Shown one piece after another: positions 1 to 11,923 of a stretch of DNA of 64,000 nucleotides. Below the pieces are notes generated by a model. That model was given only the letters and a program-made list of their open reading frames with translations. It was not told where the DNA came from and searched no databases. The first letter of the stretch is position 1. The number at the start of each line of letters is the position of its first letter. The DNA is from Flaccisagitta enflata (Eukaryota), in the NCBI GenBank assembly GCA_965153355.1, contig OZ231126.1, positions 16,430,001-16,494,000 of the forward strand, written 5' to 3'. The position numbers and the translations under genes are program-made.

Positions 1-281
1 GGTGTATATAATTGAGTCTCTTTTCTCTTCCCCCCCCCCCTGCCTTTGATTTTCTTTCCCGCAATGAATTGCATCATGTTTTCAAATCTATGATTTTCTT
101 ACCCATAAAGTAATGTAACAGTGTAGTTAAGGTTTAGATAGTGTTAAATTGCGTTTTACTAATCAGTCCTTATGATTTGGTAATCCCGAAAGTTATGTTT
201 TCCCCAACTTTTCTTTTTTTCTCTTTTTTCCCCTAAGATTTCCTTCCCCATCTCCAAACCCTTTGATTATATACAGGCCTG
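1..281 (+). mobile_element. hAT-like MITE (family D), left end cut by the window edge
   Basis: Starts GGTGTATATAATTGAGT and ends ATATACAGGCCTG; body similar to copies at 3547-3843 and 42573-43065. Confidence 0.6.
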
Positions 282-389
282 ATAAAACTATGTATGGTTG
301 TTGGTCCATCTTTCTGTCCATCCATTTGTCTGTCCCTTTCCTGTTTAAATTTTTGACTTTTTTTGGGTATTTTAAGGATGGAAGGTACT

Positions 390-1400
390 TATGGATGGAA
401 GACAGGAAGGAAAGAAGGAAGAAATGGAAGGAGGGAAGCAAGGAAGGGAAAGTAGGAGGAAGGAAATGGAGGGAGGAAAGAAATGGAGGGAGGAAAGAAA
501 GAAAGGCAGAAATAGAAGAGCAGGAAGAATGGAAGAAAAGAAAGAGAAGAAGGAAGGAAGGGAGTGAAGGGAGGGAGGAAAGAAAGGAAGAAAGGGATGG
601 GAGTAAAGGAAGGGAGAAAAGAAGGAAGGAAGGAACTTTTTTTTCAATTCAGACTATTTTCAATACTTTTTAAGTTGTTTCGAATTATCACTGTGATAGC
701 GTGTAATTTTGTTGTTTTGTAGTAGCAATAAGTAACAATAAGTCAAACAATAACAAGAAGTACCAAACAGTAATAAGTTTGGATGATGTGTATTTGAAAA
801 ATGGAGCACACAATCGTTGCCCTGTTGGGCTTGTGCTATTTCTTTCTTCCTTCTTTCAGTTCTTTGCTTTCTTCTCTACTGCCCTTTCAATGCCTGTTCT
901 TTCCTTTTTCCTTCCTTCCTTCCTTCCTTCCTTGCTTTTTTTGGTTCTTCCTTTCCTTCTTTCTTCCTTCCTTTCTTCCATCTATCCTAGCTACTTTTCT
1001 TTTTTCAAGACTCTCTTTCCTTCCTTACTGCTTTTTCGTTCAATACTGCCTTTCTCTTCCTTTAAATCTTCACCCAATTTTTTTGCTTCTTTTCTTCATT
1101 CCTTCCTTTTCTCCCTTTCTTCATCCCCTCCTGCCTTCCTACCTTACTTTCTTCCTACCTTCCTTTCTTCCGTCCATTCCTTCCTACCTTTCCTTCATTC
1201 CTTCCTGCTTTTTTGACAACCATTCTTTTACTTCCTGCCAATGTTCTATTTCCCCCTGTTTTCTTTTTATTGGCATTGGTTTCTCTCTTTTTTCTTTCTT
1301 TTTTCTTCCTTTTTCCTTTTTTTTTTTCTTTTTTTTTTTTTTCTTTTTTTCTTTTTCTTTCCTTTTTTCTTTTTCTTTCTCTTCCTTCCTTCCCTTCCTG
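390..1400. repeat. Low-complexity purine (GGAA-like) then pyrimidine (TTCC-like) tracts
   Basis: Degenerate GGAA/AAGG runs at ~390-635 and CTTC/TTCT runs at ~840-1400. Confidence 0.8.
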
Positions 1401-1405
1401 CTGGC

Positions 1406-1634
1406 CTAGCTAGCTTCCTGCGAGCGCCGCTCGCGCGCTCGGCTACTTTGCCGAGCCCTGCACCCCGCTATGTCGGTCCGTCGGTCCGTCGGTCGGTTGG
1501 TCCCCTTTTTACTTTTTTGGCGTTTTTGAGCTTTTTGAGCACACAGCTCCTGCCCAGACGCCCAAGTGACCTTCTCCAGCACTGCTCCTGCCCATCCGCA
1601 CGCGACTAGGGTAGCCGTGTATCCGGCCTTGTTT
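1406..1634 (+). mobile_element. HINE/DINE-1-like element, family A, with a variant 5' end
   Basis: (GTCG/GTCC)n microsatellite and the family 3' end GCACGCGACT..GGGTAGCCGTGTATCCGGCCTTGTTT. The 5' end carries two different GC hairpins. Confidence 0.6.
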
Positions 1635-1682
1635 GAAAAAAATCCACAACTGACTATGATTTTTTTTTCTTGTGTTAAGGAT

Positions 1683-3289
1683 TTTTAGTTGCGTGTTACG
1701 CGACTCTACACCCCGCTATGTCGGTCCGTTGATTGGTCAGTTGGTCGGTCGGTCGGTCGGTCCCTTTTATCGGGAAAAAAGTCGAAGTCAGTCTTCGACT
1801 TTTTGACATATTCGAGAGAAACAGGGTTTTCATTTTCTTATTGGGAAGTTGTGCATCTCATCCGGCTGATTGAGGCCTCCAATGAAATTTATAGGGTAAG
1901 TAAATTTGATTATTCTCTTTCATTTGGCACCAAGCAGAATTCTCTACGACAAATATTTTTCGCGCTATGATTTTTTAAAGATTTATTTACGAAAAATTTA
2001 AATTGATTTTTTTAAAATTTTTTATGATTTTATCTAGGATCAATAAAAAAGTGTATCCATATTTGTTTGAACATGCAAATACAAGAAAACATGTTTATGA
2101 GCATAGCTGCTCCTCTGTGAGGGTGTTTTCTAGTATTCCAGCTCATCTAGCTCATTTAGCCCAGTCTTTTTTTTCTCATTTTAAATGCAAAGAATAAAAA
2201 AAAATGATGGATTTATTTCTGAGCATGCAAATACAGAAAGCATGTCCTCAAGCATAGCTGGTCATCTGTGTAAGTGATTTGGAGTATTTCAGCTCATTTA
2301 GCTCATTTAGCTCACGCTTATTTTTCTTTTATCGGGAAAAAAGTCGAAGTCAGTCTTCGACTTTTTGACATATTCGAGAGAAACAGGGTTTTCATTTTCT
2401 TATGCAGAAGTTGGGGATCTCCACCGACCGATTGAGGCCTCCAATGAAATTGATAGGGTAAGTAAATTTGATAATTCTCTTTCATTTGGCACCAAGCAGA
2501 ATGCTCTACGACAAATATTTTTCGTGCTATGATTTTTTAAAGATTTATTTATGAAAAATTTGATTGAAATTTTTTTTTATTTTTTATGATTTTGTGTAGG
2601 ATCAATAAAAGAGTGTATCTATGTTTGTTTGAGCATGCAAATACAAGAAAACATGTTTATGAGCACAGCTGCTTATCTATGAGGGCGTTTTTGAGCATTT
2701 CAGCTCATTTAGCTCATTTAGCTCATTTTGCTCCCTCTTTTTTTCTGATTTCAAATGCAATAAATGAATGAATATTTCGATATATGTTTAAGAAAGCAGA
2801 TACAAAAAAGCATGTCAGTGAGCTCAGTTTGTGAGGGTGTTTTTATGTATTTTAGCTCACTTAGCTCATTTAGCTCAGTATTTTTTTCTGATCTTTAATG
2901 GGATAAATACATAAATGCAAGTAAAAAAAAGCATGTCAATGAGCATAGCTGGTTGTGTGGTTGAGTGATTTCGAGCATTTTAGCTCATCTAGCTCATTTG
3001 ACTCAGACCTACATTTCTCTGATTAACAGTGCAACCAATACATGCAAGTGCTTTTGATTTGATCTAACAAGTAGAAAGATTTGCAGTGACTGAAAACAAA
3101 AGCTTGGTGAAAAGTGACCAATGCTTACGACTTTTTTCCTCACGGCGACAGCCGCCATTACTGGTACTTTTTTGGCGTTTTTGAGCTTTTTGAGCCAACT
3201 GCTCCTGTCCAAATGCTCAAGTGACCTTCTCCAGCACTGCTCCTGCCCACCCGCACGCGACTGGGGTAGCCGTGTATCCGCCCTTGTTT
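1683..3289 (+). mobile_element. Family A HINE-like element split by a nested ~1.4-kb insertion
   Basis: 5' half 1683-1764 (TTTTAGTTGCGTGTTACGCGACTCTACACCCCGCT + GGTC repeats). The 3' half resumes at 3165 and ends TAGCCGTGTATCCGCCCTTGTTT. Confidence 0.7.
1765..3164 (+). mobile_element. Nested HINE-like element with its 5' ~560 bp duplicated
   Basis: 5' GGAAAAAAGTCGAAG..CTTCGACTTTTT hairpin occurs at 1772 and again at ~2335. 3' subterminal CGACTTTTTTCC plus a GGCG..CGCC hairpin. Internal ~110-bp repeats containing TTAGCTCATTTAGCTC. Confidence 0.6.
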
Positions 3290-3446
3290 ATTGGAATATC
3301 CTGAGCTCTTATTTGTCATCAGATTTGTAACCCAACCTGAATTTCTTTTCATTTGATAGATTTAACAGTGTAGTTTGCCATGATTTGGTTCCATTGTTAT
3401 TTCCAGTGTTAGTTATCATTTTGTTTTTGAAAAAGCACTTAGTGCG

Positions 3447-4340
3447 CACTACTGTCTCACATGAGGTTTGAGACAAGAATGATATTACTATGCAGTTTTT
3501 TGCATTTTTGCAGAGTTCATGAGTATAGAAACCAAAAACCATCAAGCAGGGGTGTATATAGTTGAGTCGCTTTTGATTTCATTCCCCGCGACGCGTCGCG
3601 TTGCATTTTAAAATCTATGGTTTTCTTCCCCATAAAGCAATAAAACAGTGTAGTTAAGGTTCGAATAGTGTTAAATTGTGATTTACTAGCTTTATGATTT
3701 AGTACTGTCAATAGTTTTATTTTCCCCAAATTTTCTTTTTTTCTCTTTTTCCCCCCTTAGATTTCCTTCCCCATCTCCAGACCCTTTGATTTCCCTCCTC
3801 CCCTCCGGGGGGGGGGGGGGAAACTCAATGATATACAGGCTTGCCATCTAGTAGAAAATCTTTTCTGAGGCGCTTTTTGAAATAAAAAGAACAAATCAAG
3901 GTTTTTAGCATTATTCTGCAAAGAAAATTTTCTAGGTTGGTTTGACCTATTTTTTGACAGCATAATTTTAATCCTGATAAAATTCCAATTCATTTGATTG
4001 GTCGCACTGTATAGTTTTCATAAGAAATGAAAAATTTACAAAACTACAACGGTGGCTTTAAGAATGAAAATTTTATTTTTTGTGAAAACTATATAGTAAA
4101 TGAAAGGGAATTTCATCAGGATTAACATTATGCTGTCAATTGACAGGTCAAACCAATCTGAAAAAAAATCTATGCAAAATGAATCTAAAAATCTTGAATT
4201 TTTCATTTTTTTCAAAAAGCGCCTTAGGAAAGATTTTCTACTTGACAGTCCTTGGTTTTTATACTCATGAACTCCGCGAAAATGCAAAAAAACGCATAGT
4301 AATATCATTCTTGTCTCAAACCTTATGTGAGACAGCAGTG
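3447..4340. mobile_element. Fold-back MITE, CAC...GTG termini, 4-bp TSD (Chapaev-like)
   Basis: Long inverted arms CACTACTGTCTCACA / TGTGAGACAGCAGTG, flanked by TGCG on both sides. Left arm is interrupted by the element at 3547-3843. Confidence 0.75.
3547..3843 (+). mobile_element. hAT-like MITE (family D) nested in a fold-back MITE
   Basis: Imperfect TIRs CAGGGGTGTATAT..TTGAGT / ACTCAATGATATACAGGCTTG; 8-bp flanks CCATCAAG / CCATCTAG (7/8 identical). Confidence 0.75.
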
Positions 4341-4680
4341 TGCGACGTTTGAAATTGAAGAAAAATCTATGCAGAAAAAAATGACCATTTTGTTTTTCCC
4401 CCTAAAGAAAATCGATTTTTGTCGTAACAAGTATCACAACCACTGTCAAGATGTCACTGACCTCGATCACGGCGTCACCAATCCCTATCACCAAGCAGGC
4501 GCAGTGATCAATCGATGGGTCCAAAATGCGCCGAATACCTACAGGAGTGAGTCCTCACCCGGCCAAATGCATGACGTCCTTACCCGGTCAAATGCAGGAG
4601 TGAGTCCTTACCTGGCGAAATGCCTGAAGCAGTTTCTTTGGGGGGGGGGGTGTCTTTATTGTCAGCCTGACAATGTCAGG

Positions 4681-4772
4681 TAAAAACGGTGATGGTAAAA
4701 AAGGTGTTGGTAAAAACGTTGTTGGTAAAAAAAGTGTTGGTAAAAAAGGTGTTGATAAAAAAGGTGTTGGTG
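4681..4772. repeat. 15-bp tandem repeat (GTTGGTAAAAAAGGT-like), about 6 copies
   Basis: Directly visible tandem units. Confidence 0.75.
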
Positions 4773-5785
4773 GAGGCGGCTAGAGGTAAATTCATTTTTA
4801 TTGTAACATAAAGAATACCAATCGCAATAATCGAAGAACCACCGCGGACATAGAAGGACAAATCTATAGAAATAGCCATGCGGTAACGTCGAATGAATGG
4901 GCTGATGTTTTCCTTTTTTTTTCTTTTTTTTTGTTAAATAGATGTGGGCCGAGATGAATGTTCAATCGAAAATCAATTGTCGGTAATCCAGTTTTCCAAT
5001 TTCTTATAAAACGTTGACAACCTGTATTCTTTTTTTTTATTAGAACAAGTACAAGGAATTACGTTTATCTCTTCCGGTAGACGAGATTCTATTAACAAGA
5101 AAATGCTCGCGCCGTGTCAACGCCCGACGCAATGCCACCGTCATCGTCATCGTTATCGTCGTCGTCATCGTCATCATCGTTCTTGTCGTCGTCGCCGTTA
5201 TCGTCAACTCCGCCATCGTTTTCGCCGTCGTCATCACCATCCCAAAATGGTCATCATCGTCGTCATTTTCACTTTAGCTTAGTCATTGTCGTAGTCGTCA
5301 TTCGTATAGAGGTTGTTGAATACATTTGCTGGTGATATTGTCGCCATTGTCGACGTTGAAGTTTAACATCAACTTCGTTGTCATCGTCGTTGTAATCGTC
5401 GCTGTAATCGTCGTTGTCGTCGTCGTCTACGTCGTCGTCGTTTTCATCGTCATCGTCCCATTCGTCATCATCGCCTTCGTCATCAGTGACTGGTGAGTCA
5501 CTGACCACGGTAAGTATCTTTTTTTTTTCTACGCGGTTCCAAGAAAAAGGCGACCCAATGTAGGACAGTTTTCCGACGCCGAAAATAGGTTAAGTATCCT
5601 AAACAAACCGAATTTCGCCAAGATGCAAATCCCAACTTTTAAAAGTCATCACAGCCAATCTTTTCCTTTTTTCTTTTTTTTTTCTGTCTTTGATCGCCCG
5701 GTTTCTTTCTTCTTTCCCAACTCATTTGTAGTAGCCTTTTCTGTCACAGTTATTTCTCTGACGATAAAGCAACATTCGTCTATCC

Positions 5786-5985
5786 TTTTTAATCGCGTGC
5801 ACGCGACTCTACAACCCGCTCTGTCCGTCGGTCGATCGGTCCGTCCGTCCATCACACTTTGCTTTTTTGGCGTTTACGGGCGGTTTTGGGGTCACTGCTC
5901 CTGCCCAACTGCTTGGTTGGTCTATTATATCACTGCCTCTGCCCACCCGGACGCGACTTGGGTAGCCGTGTATCCGGCCTTGTTT
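5786..5985 (+). mobile_element. Family A HINE-like element (complete)
   Basis: TTTTTAATCGCGTGCACGCGACTCT 5' palindrome, GTCC microsatellite, 3' ACGCGACT subterminal repeat and GCCG..CGGC hairpin, T-rich flanks, no TSD. Confidence 0.75.
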
Positions 5986-6135
5986 AATCTCTATCTTTCT
6001 TTCCCTTTCTTGACAATACATGTGTCATTCTATTTCTTTTTATCACACATTCGCTGTATGCTAATCTGAATATCTGCTTTTCTATGCTTTTAAACATTTC
6101 TTATTTTCTCTCTTTCTTCCTCTTTCTCTTCCTCT

Positions 6136-6181
<46 letters not shown>

Positions 6182-7014
6182 ATCGCAACTTTCTTCAAAG
6201 ACCAGTCCATCTGGGAGAGGGTCTCCAAAAATAAGGAAACTCAAGTCATGATAAACATTCAAAATATGTTTGGCAAGATTTTGGCGTGAAGGAAAGTGAA
6301 GACTAGGGGACCAAAAAAAACAACTGCCCAAAATTACTCTCTTTTTTCTTTTTTCTTCTCTCTCTTTTTTTTTTTTTTTTTTTTTTTTCCTTTTTTGCTT
6401 GAGATTGGTTTCCTTCCGACAGTCACTCTTTGAAAAACTTTTGCCACTGATGGGTCAGGCTTCTAGTTCTATTCTAGCTTCATATGACCAATTTTGACCA
6501 TGTACATATCAAAGGTATTTCATAAAGATGTATTTTGATTTCCAGGGAATTGGGAATGACTCAATAGATTTCTATGTAATTACTAGAAAGACATAACGAA
6601 TTCATTCAAGATTTGTTGACCGAACCACCAAGGGTAAATTGGACAAAGTGACTATTTGTTCCCCATTGTAGATTGAAAACATCACAAAGAGTAACGCCCG
6701 GTTCTTAGGGGTCATAAAGCATTTAATTTTAAGCATCTTATTTTTCTTTCTTGCTTATCAGTACCGCGCTAGCGCTCTCTTATCGAACGGCTTCGAAAAC
6801 AATCGTTCACTTTAAGTTTTGTCCGATAAAACCGATTTAAGGAGAATGTATTACATCTGGACAAAAAACCTGTACCGTTGGGTTGACTTAATTTTTTTTT
6901 TCTATTTTGCAAATTTGTGTCACTGATCTAGGTAGAAAAATAAGATCAGCATTATCAGTAATAACCCATTTTGTCTTCATGAGCAATCTATTATCTAAAT
7001 CATATTGACGTAAG

Positions 7015-7625
7015 CACGCCACGGGGGAGGCTTTCATAGGTCAAGAAAAATTCTCGGTCATAATAGAGATTGGTTTGGGCCTCAGGAAGGTTTACTTTAT
7101 CATGTTATACCAAAACAAAAATTTTTTTACTTCAAAATTTTTTTAAAATGCCGTAAAAAGCCGTAAAAGTGGTATTTTTGACAGTTTTTTTTGTCTGAAA
7201 CCGCCGCTAAGGTAAAAAAAATAGGCAAACAATGATTATCTGGCACTAAGTCACATTCATGCATAAATACAGGCCAACCCGTCATCATATAGTATCATTT
7301 TGTGCCGTAAAATGCCATAAAAAACCGTAAAAATGGCATTTTTTGATGACGAGTTTGCATGTATTTATGCATGAATATATTTTAGTGCCAGATAATTATT
7401 GTTTGCCCATTTTTTGACCTAAGTGGCGGTTTTGGACCCAAAAAACTGTCAAAAATGCCAATTTTACGGCTTTTTATGGCATTTTATGGCATTTAAAACA
7501 ATTTTTGAAGTAAAAAAATTTTCGTTTTGGTTTGAAGTGATAAAGTACCCCTTCCTAAGGCCAAAACCACTCTCCATTATGACCGAGAATTTTTCTTGAC
7601 CTATGAAAGCCTCCCCCGTGGCTTG
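7015..7625. mobile_element. Fold-back MITE with 4-bp TSD (Chapaev-like)
   Basis: ~300-bp inverted arms beginning CACGCCACGGGGGAGGCTTTCATAGG and ending CCTATGAAAGCCTCCCCCGTGGCTTG; TAAG on both flanks. Confidence 0.75.
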
Positions 7626-7906
7626 TAAGGTGTCCCAATAAAGTTTAAAAAAAACAAGGCCAAGTAGGCCAATAGGTGCGACGTGTTGATCGTCGAACAA
7701 ATGCGTTACCGACCAACCAACCAACTGACCAACCGACAGACCAACGGACACAGCCAGTTGTAGAGGTGCTTTGTCGCACCTAAAAAAAAATCATGCAATG
7801 CGTTTTTCTAGATGAATAGCCAGGAGACAGGCGGTTAGATAGAAGGTCCATTCATCCCATAAAGAAAGCAAAAATTATTATGTCAGAGTTTCTCTCCACT
7901 TTGTAA

Positions 7907-8020
7907 TTTTTAGTCGCGGACACGCGACTCTACACCTTGTCGTGTCGGTCGGTCGGTCGGTAGGTTGGTCCGTCCGTCCGTCACATTTTTGACTGGATTG
8001 CCGTGCATCCGGCCTTGTTT
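7907..8020 (+). mobile_element. Short internally deleted family A HINE-like element
   Basis: TAGTCGCGGACACGCGACTCT ... GCCGTGCATCCGGCCTTGTTT. Confidence 0.65.
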
Positions 8021-8484
8021 CTACAACAGTATAGTTCCCTTTTTGATTTACTTTCTCGGTAGATACCGTAGATGATCTGAATAATCCAGGTAGATTAATT
8101 CATTATTCCCCGAGAATTTTTTTTCTTTTTTTTTTTTTTTTTTTTGTTAAAACCCGTTTTGCGCGGCGTCGGCGTCGGTGATTGATGAAGTGTCGAAGTG
8201 GCGTCGGAATTTTACCAAAATTTTTGTAGACTTGAAAAAGTATTTTTTCTCTCTTTATTTTCTTTTTCATTTTTTTCAAAGACTTTCTTCTCCCAATTTT
8301 GTGTCATGATAGCATCAGTATGAGTCTGAGTCCAAGTCTGAGTAGAATTGTTTCGATACTTTTTCTTTTCATTAGAGAATCCTTCAGTATTGAAATTACG
8401 CCTGTAATGAAAAAAAGGAAGAAAAAAAGGTTGTTGATTATCAATTGAATAACGCAGTTGGTGGATTTACATTGTTGCCAATAA

Positions 8485-8683
8485 AAACAAGGCCGGATTC
8501 ACGGCTACCCCAGTCGCGTGCGGGTGGGCAGGGGCCGTAATTGAGGTCACCAGATCATTTGGGCCGGAGCAGTGGGGCCAAAAACCGCAAAAACAAAAAA
8601 AGTAAAGTGTTACCGACGGATGGACCGACCGACCGACCGACCGACGAAGCGGGGTGTAGAGTCGCGTAGCACGCGACTGAAAA
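8485..8683 (-). mobile_element. Family A HINE-like element
   Basis: Reverse complement of the family A ends: AAACAAGGCCGG..CGGCTACCCCAGTCGCGTGC ... AGAGTCGCGTAGCACGCGACT. Confidence 0.75.
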
Positions 8684-8770
8684 TGACCAGCCAGGGTCTT
8701 CTGTTGTTCGGCTGAGGTATTGATGCAGAAAACAGCTCTCAAACACTCGAAAAAGTTGTGTTACCGACTA

Positions 8771-9176
8771 CTACGCGAATCAATAAAAAAGCCGCACTTT
8801 TAAATGGCAATTTGTCACATTGAATTTCAAAATAATTAAGTAAAGTCTTGGACCATTTTGAAGCTCTCGAAGAGAACTTTCATTTGGCTCCAATCTGATA
8901 TTTCTAGCTTTATTTGTTTAAAAAGAGCATATAAATTGTAAAAACAGTGCCGTTTTCAGTTTTGCAAACCTGTTGAAAAATGAGCATTTTTCTAAAATAG
9001 AGGTTCACTTTGACATGCTGTAACTTCAAAACGGTTTGAGATACAGACCAAAGATTGGTCTAGAATGAAAGAAAATTCAAAAATCTTTAAAATCAGTTAT
9101 AAAATTTTTCAAATAGTTTTTTTTCTGTCTCTTCCACTCACCTACAAAAGGGTGCGGCTTTTTTTTATTCGCGTAG
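8771..9176. mobile_element. Tc1/mariner-type MITE
   Basis: TIRs CTACGCGAAT..AAAAAAGCCGCAC / GTGCGGCTTTTTTTTATTCGCGTAG with TA on both sides. Confidence 0.7.
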
Positions 9177-9322
9177 TAACAGACCAACAGACCGACAGCA
9201 GATTTTTAGTAAGAATGGAATGACTCTGTGGGGCCGTTTTATGCAGATTTTTCTTACAGGTTATTTACAATCGATCCGCCTCATCCGAGTGAAACTGTAT
9301 AACAAGTTTGTCTTTGTCGGCT

Positions 9323-9821
9323 TGTAGGAGGTGGAAAGATGGACAATGAGACGAGCGTGGATTGGAGAGCGAGGTATCATGGACCATCGGAAGAAGCCAT
9401 CGATAAAGTGTTATATCGCGATTCGTTATATCCGTTATCATGATTATGATTATCATTTGCTTATTTACATTGCTGTTTCGTTATGTTTTGGATATGTATA
9501 CATGCTGTTTCAGTTCAGGTCCTTACGTGGGGTTTCGATAAGCAGTCACGGGCTGCATCATTCGTTCTTGGATTAAGCGCTAACCTGAAGTGTATCTATG
9601 TCTTTTCCAGGCCATTACCCAGTGCACAACGCCTGAGATGGAGCGTTGGACACGTCCGACATTATCGTAGACACTATCATAGACATTATCATAGACATTG
9701 GAGAGATATAAGTGATAAACATTGTAGACGCTCTTTCCTGGAATGTGCTTCATCCATAGGCGTTTATACATCCACGCACCGCGCTGGGAGATGGACTGAA
9801 GGTGAGGATTTCCTCCTTACA
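9323..9821 (+). repeat. 5' LTR (499 bp)
   Basis: TGTAGGAGG...CCTCCTTACA; no difference from 24800-25298 found by eye, and the ORF-track translations over both LTRs match. Confidence 0.97.
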
Positions 9822-9822
9822 T

Positions 9823-9835
9823 TGGTGCATCTGCC
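9823..9835 (+). promoter_or_regulatory. Primer-binding site, probably tRNA-Gly(GCC)
   Basis: TGGTGCATCTGCC 1 nt after the LTR, versus TGGTGCATCGGCC expected from a typical invertebrate tRNA-Gly(GCC) 3' end (12/13). Confidence 0.7.
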
Positions 9836-10467
9836 AGCCGAACCATAATCCACTGCATCCACCCCCAAGACGGACCCCCTGTGGAGGCTCTTGCTAGGGG
9901 CACATAGAGTAAACTGTGTGCGGCGGACTCTAACCGTCAACGTCCGCGACTTTCAAGCCGTAGGTGGAGATTTGACGCTCTGGTTTTTTCTGGCGCACAC
10001 TAACCTCCCTATGCTACAAGTGCTAGGAAGATCCGTCTTAACCATCTTTCTCTTGGTACCGATACTCTTGTCGCGCGTAACCGCGGCAAGAGTGTTTCGT
10101 GGCAGGGTACCCAGTTTACGCCGCTGATTCTGCCAGCGACACGGAGCTGTCCTTCTTTAAATCCAGCTGGTAAAATTCTTCGTCTTTTCCTAAGGACCAA
10201 CGCTTGCTGCGGAAGCAGTTTCCCGTGTAGGAGCCCTTTGTCTGCAGACGTGAGGTAATTGGGCTGACGGGATTGTGGAGAAGCAAAAGGAAGTCCTTCT
10301 TTCTTCGGACGCAGTGCCTTGTGGGTGGATTTCGAAGCCCCACCGGGGTCAGCCTCCTACTTCATTTTATTTTGGTGATTTTAGCTTCCCTCATTTGTAT
10401 ATATCACCGCTTTCACATCAACGTGTAATTACCTTGCTCTCATTTTGCTTTCACCTGGAAACGTCCG

Positions 10468-11739
10468 ATGGACTATTCCCTCCCAAGGCCTCATAGCCGG
10501 GAGGCTTCGCGCAACCGTGTGAGATCACGACGCTGCGCAAACGACGAGGTTGTTGTAAGCCATTCAAACACGGAGACTAGAACAGACCAAAAACGCGAAA
10601 GTTCTGTCGACTCCGAAAGTGCAGTAGGTGCAGCTGGTGGAGCCCCAAAACCCAAAGCGGAAAGTAACGTCCGCGAAATCAACTTCCACCACCACCACCA
10701 CCACTACCACCACTACGGTGACTTTAACCAACAACAACAAGAATTCAGGCCTAGCCTCCAAAGCAGCCGTAACCGCAGCCAGGAGCAAGACTCCGGTGCG
10801 GGACTTGAAGGCCTACCATCTTACGAAGAAGCAGTGTCGCAAAGCAACACTTACCTGCAGCACGGAGCAAGTCCCCCGTCCCAGCAACAAGTCTACGCCG
10901 ACAACGGAGTTGTCCGACCCCTGTACAGAAGGTATAACAGGGACAATTCACCGGGTCCAACTGTGCGCGACCAGCGCTACAACAGAGGCGACAGGACAAG
11001 GTCTATCTCTCGGGACAGCTGCGAGAGATACCGAATCATTGGCCGTGAGTTCTTGAGAAGCAGACAGAACAACCCAAGACACTCAACACCCAGAGGACGG
11101 TACCCAAATTACCGCACGCCAATAAGCAGGCCGTCGAGAAGTGAGGAGTCGAGAGGGGAACAACCACCCAGAGTCGAGACCGCAGAGTCCTCTGCTGAAT
11201 CTGACGCCGCCGAGCCTGACGCTGCAGTAGCCGCCGTCGCCGCCGTCGCCAACGCCGCTAACAACGCAGCTGCACCCAGGGCGACTGCGGTGGGCCCAGA
11301 AGATATCTTGGCGGACACGCTCCACATCTTCAGCGATCTGGGAAACACCGACAGTGATACTGACTCCTCATCGCTCAGTATCCCAGACCTCGAAACGGCT
11401 TCCGGTACTGACATCGACATCGGCGAACATCAAATCAGCATCTTGATCAGGACTTCAAGGAAATCCCTCAGGACTGCATTCCTTACTGCAGTCCTGCGAG
11501 TCCTGGGAGAAACCCCGGACCGTAGCAGAGGGTTTGAACACCGTGCTTGGGAAAGCCTCAGAAGCTCCGTCTCAGAGGGTTCTGACATCTATGGCAGAGA
11601 CCTCCGCGAAGCCTGGGAATACGCCTTCAGCGTCGGAAATTATTTCCGTCATTTCTCGCGGATCATCAACCGCCCGGTTTACGAAATCATCCTCCTCCTC
11701 CACCCACCGGAAACAACTCCGGCCACAAGAGCAGATTAG
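10468..11739 (+). CDS. Extra ORF upstream of gag (423 aa), unknown function
   Basis: Uninterrupted ATG-initiated ORF inside the element; His tract, LPSYEEAV motif, Arg-rich and Ala-rich segments, predicted folded C-terminal ~100 aa. Confidence 0.75.
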   Translation: MDYSLPRPHSREASRNRVRSRRCANDEVVVSHSNTETRTDQKRESSVDSESAVGAAGGAPKPKAESNVREINFHHHHHHYHHYGDFNQQQQEFRPSLQSSRNRSQEQDSGAGLEGLPSYEEAVSQSNTYLQHGASPPSQQQVYADNGVVRPLYRRYNRDNSPGPTVRDQRYNRGDRTRSISRDSCERYRIIGREFLRSRQNNPRHSTPRGRYPNYRTPISRPSRSEESRGEQPPRVETAESSAESDAAEPDAAVAAVAAVANAANNAAAPRATAVGPEDILADTLHIFSDLGNTDSDTDSSSLSIPDLETASGTDIDIGEHQISILIRTSRKSLRTAFLTAVLRVLGETPDRSRGFEHRAWESLRSSVSEGSDIYGRDLREAWEYAFSVGNYFRHFSRIINRPVYEIILLLHPPETTPATRAD

Positions 11740-11923
11740 CGCCAACTGCGCTCTCTGCGACCGCTTTCTTATTTTACGGGTAGTATAGTCTATTCTTACC
11801 TCTTGCCTTGTTACTTATATGTACATTTGTTGAACTTGCCCATTGTATAAAGCGCGCTGCTCCGTGTAACAGAAGCTTAGCGCACACCTTAACGGCTGTA
11901 TCTTATCAAAGACCCGCTCCAAA

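Noticed and set aside
5040-5516. Asp/Thr/Ser-rich ORFs, a small hairpin and a GTAAGT donor as a host exon
   Set aside because: Degenerate (GTC/ATC)n low complexity; no supporting acceptor, frame or homology evident.
9331-9848. Short ORFs inside the LTRs (also 24808-25376)
   Set aside because: Non-ATG starts and no recognisable motifs; duplicated only because the LTRs are.
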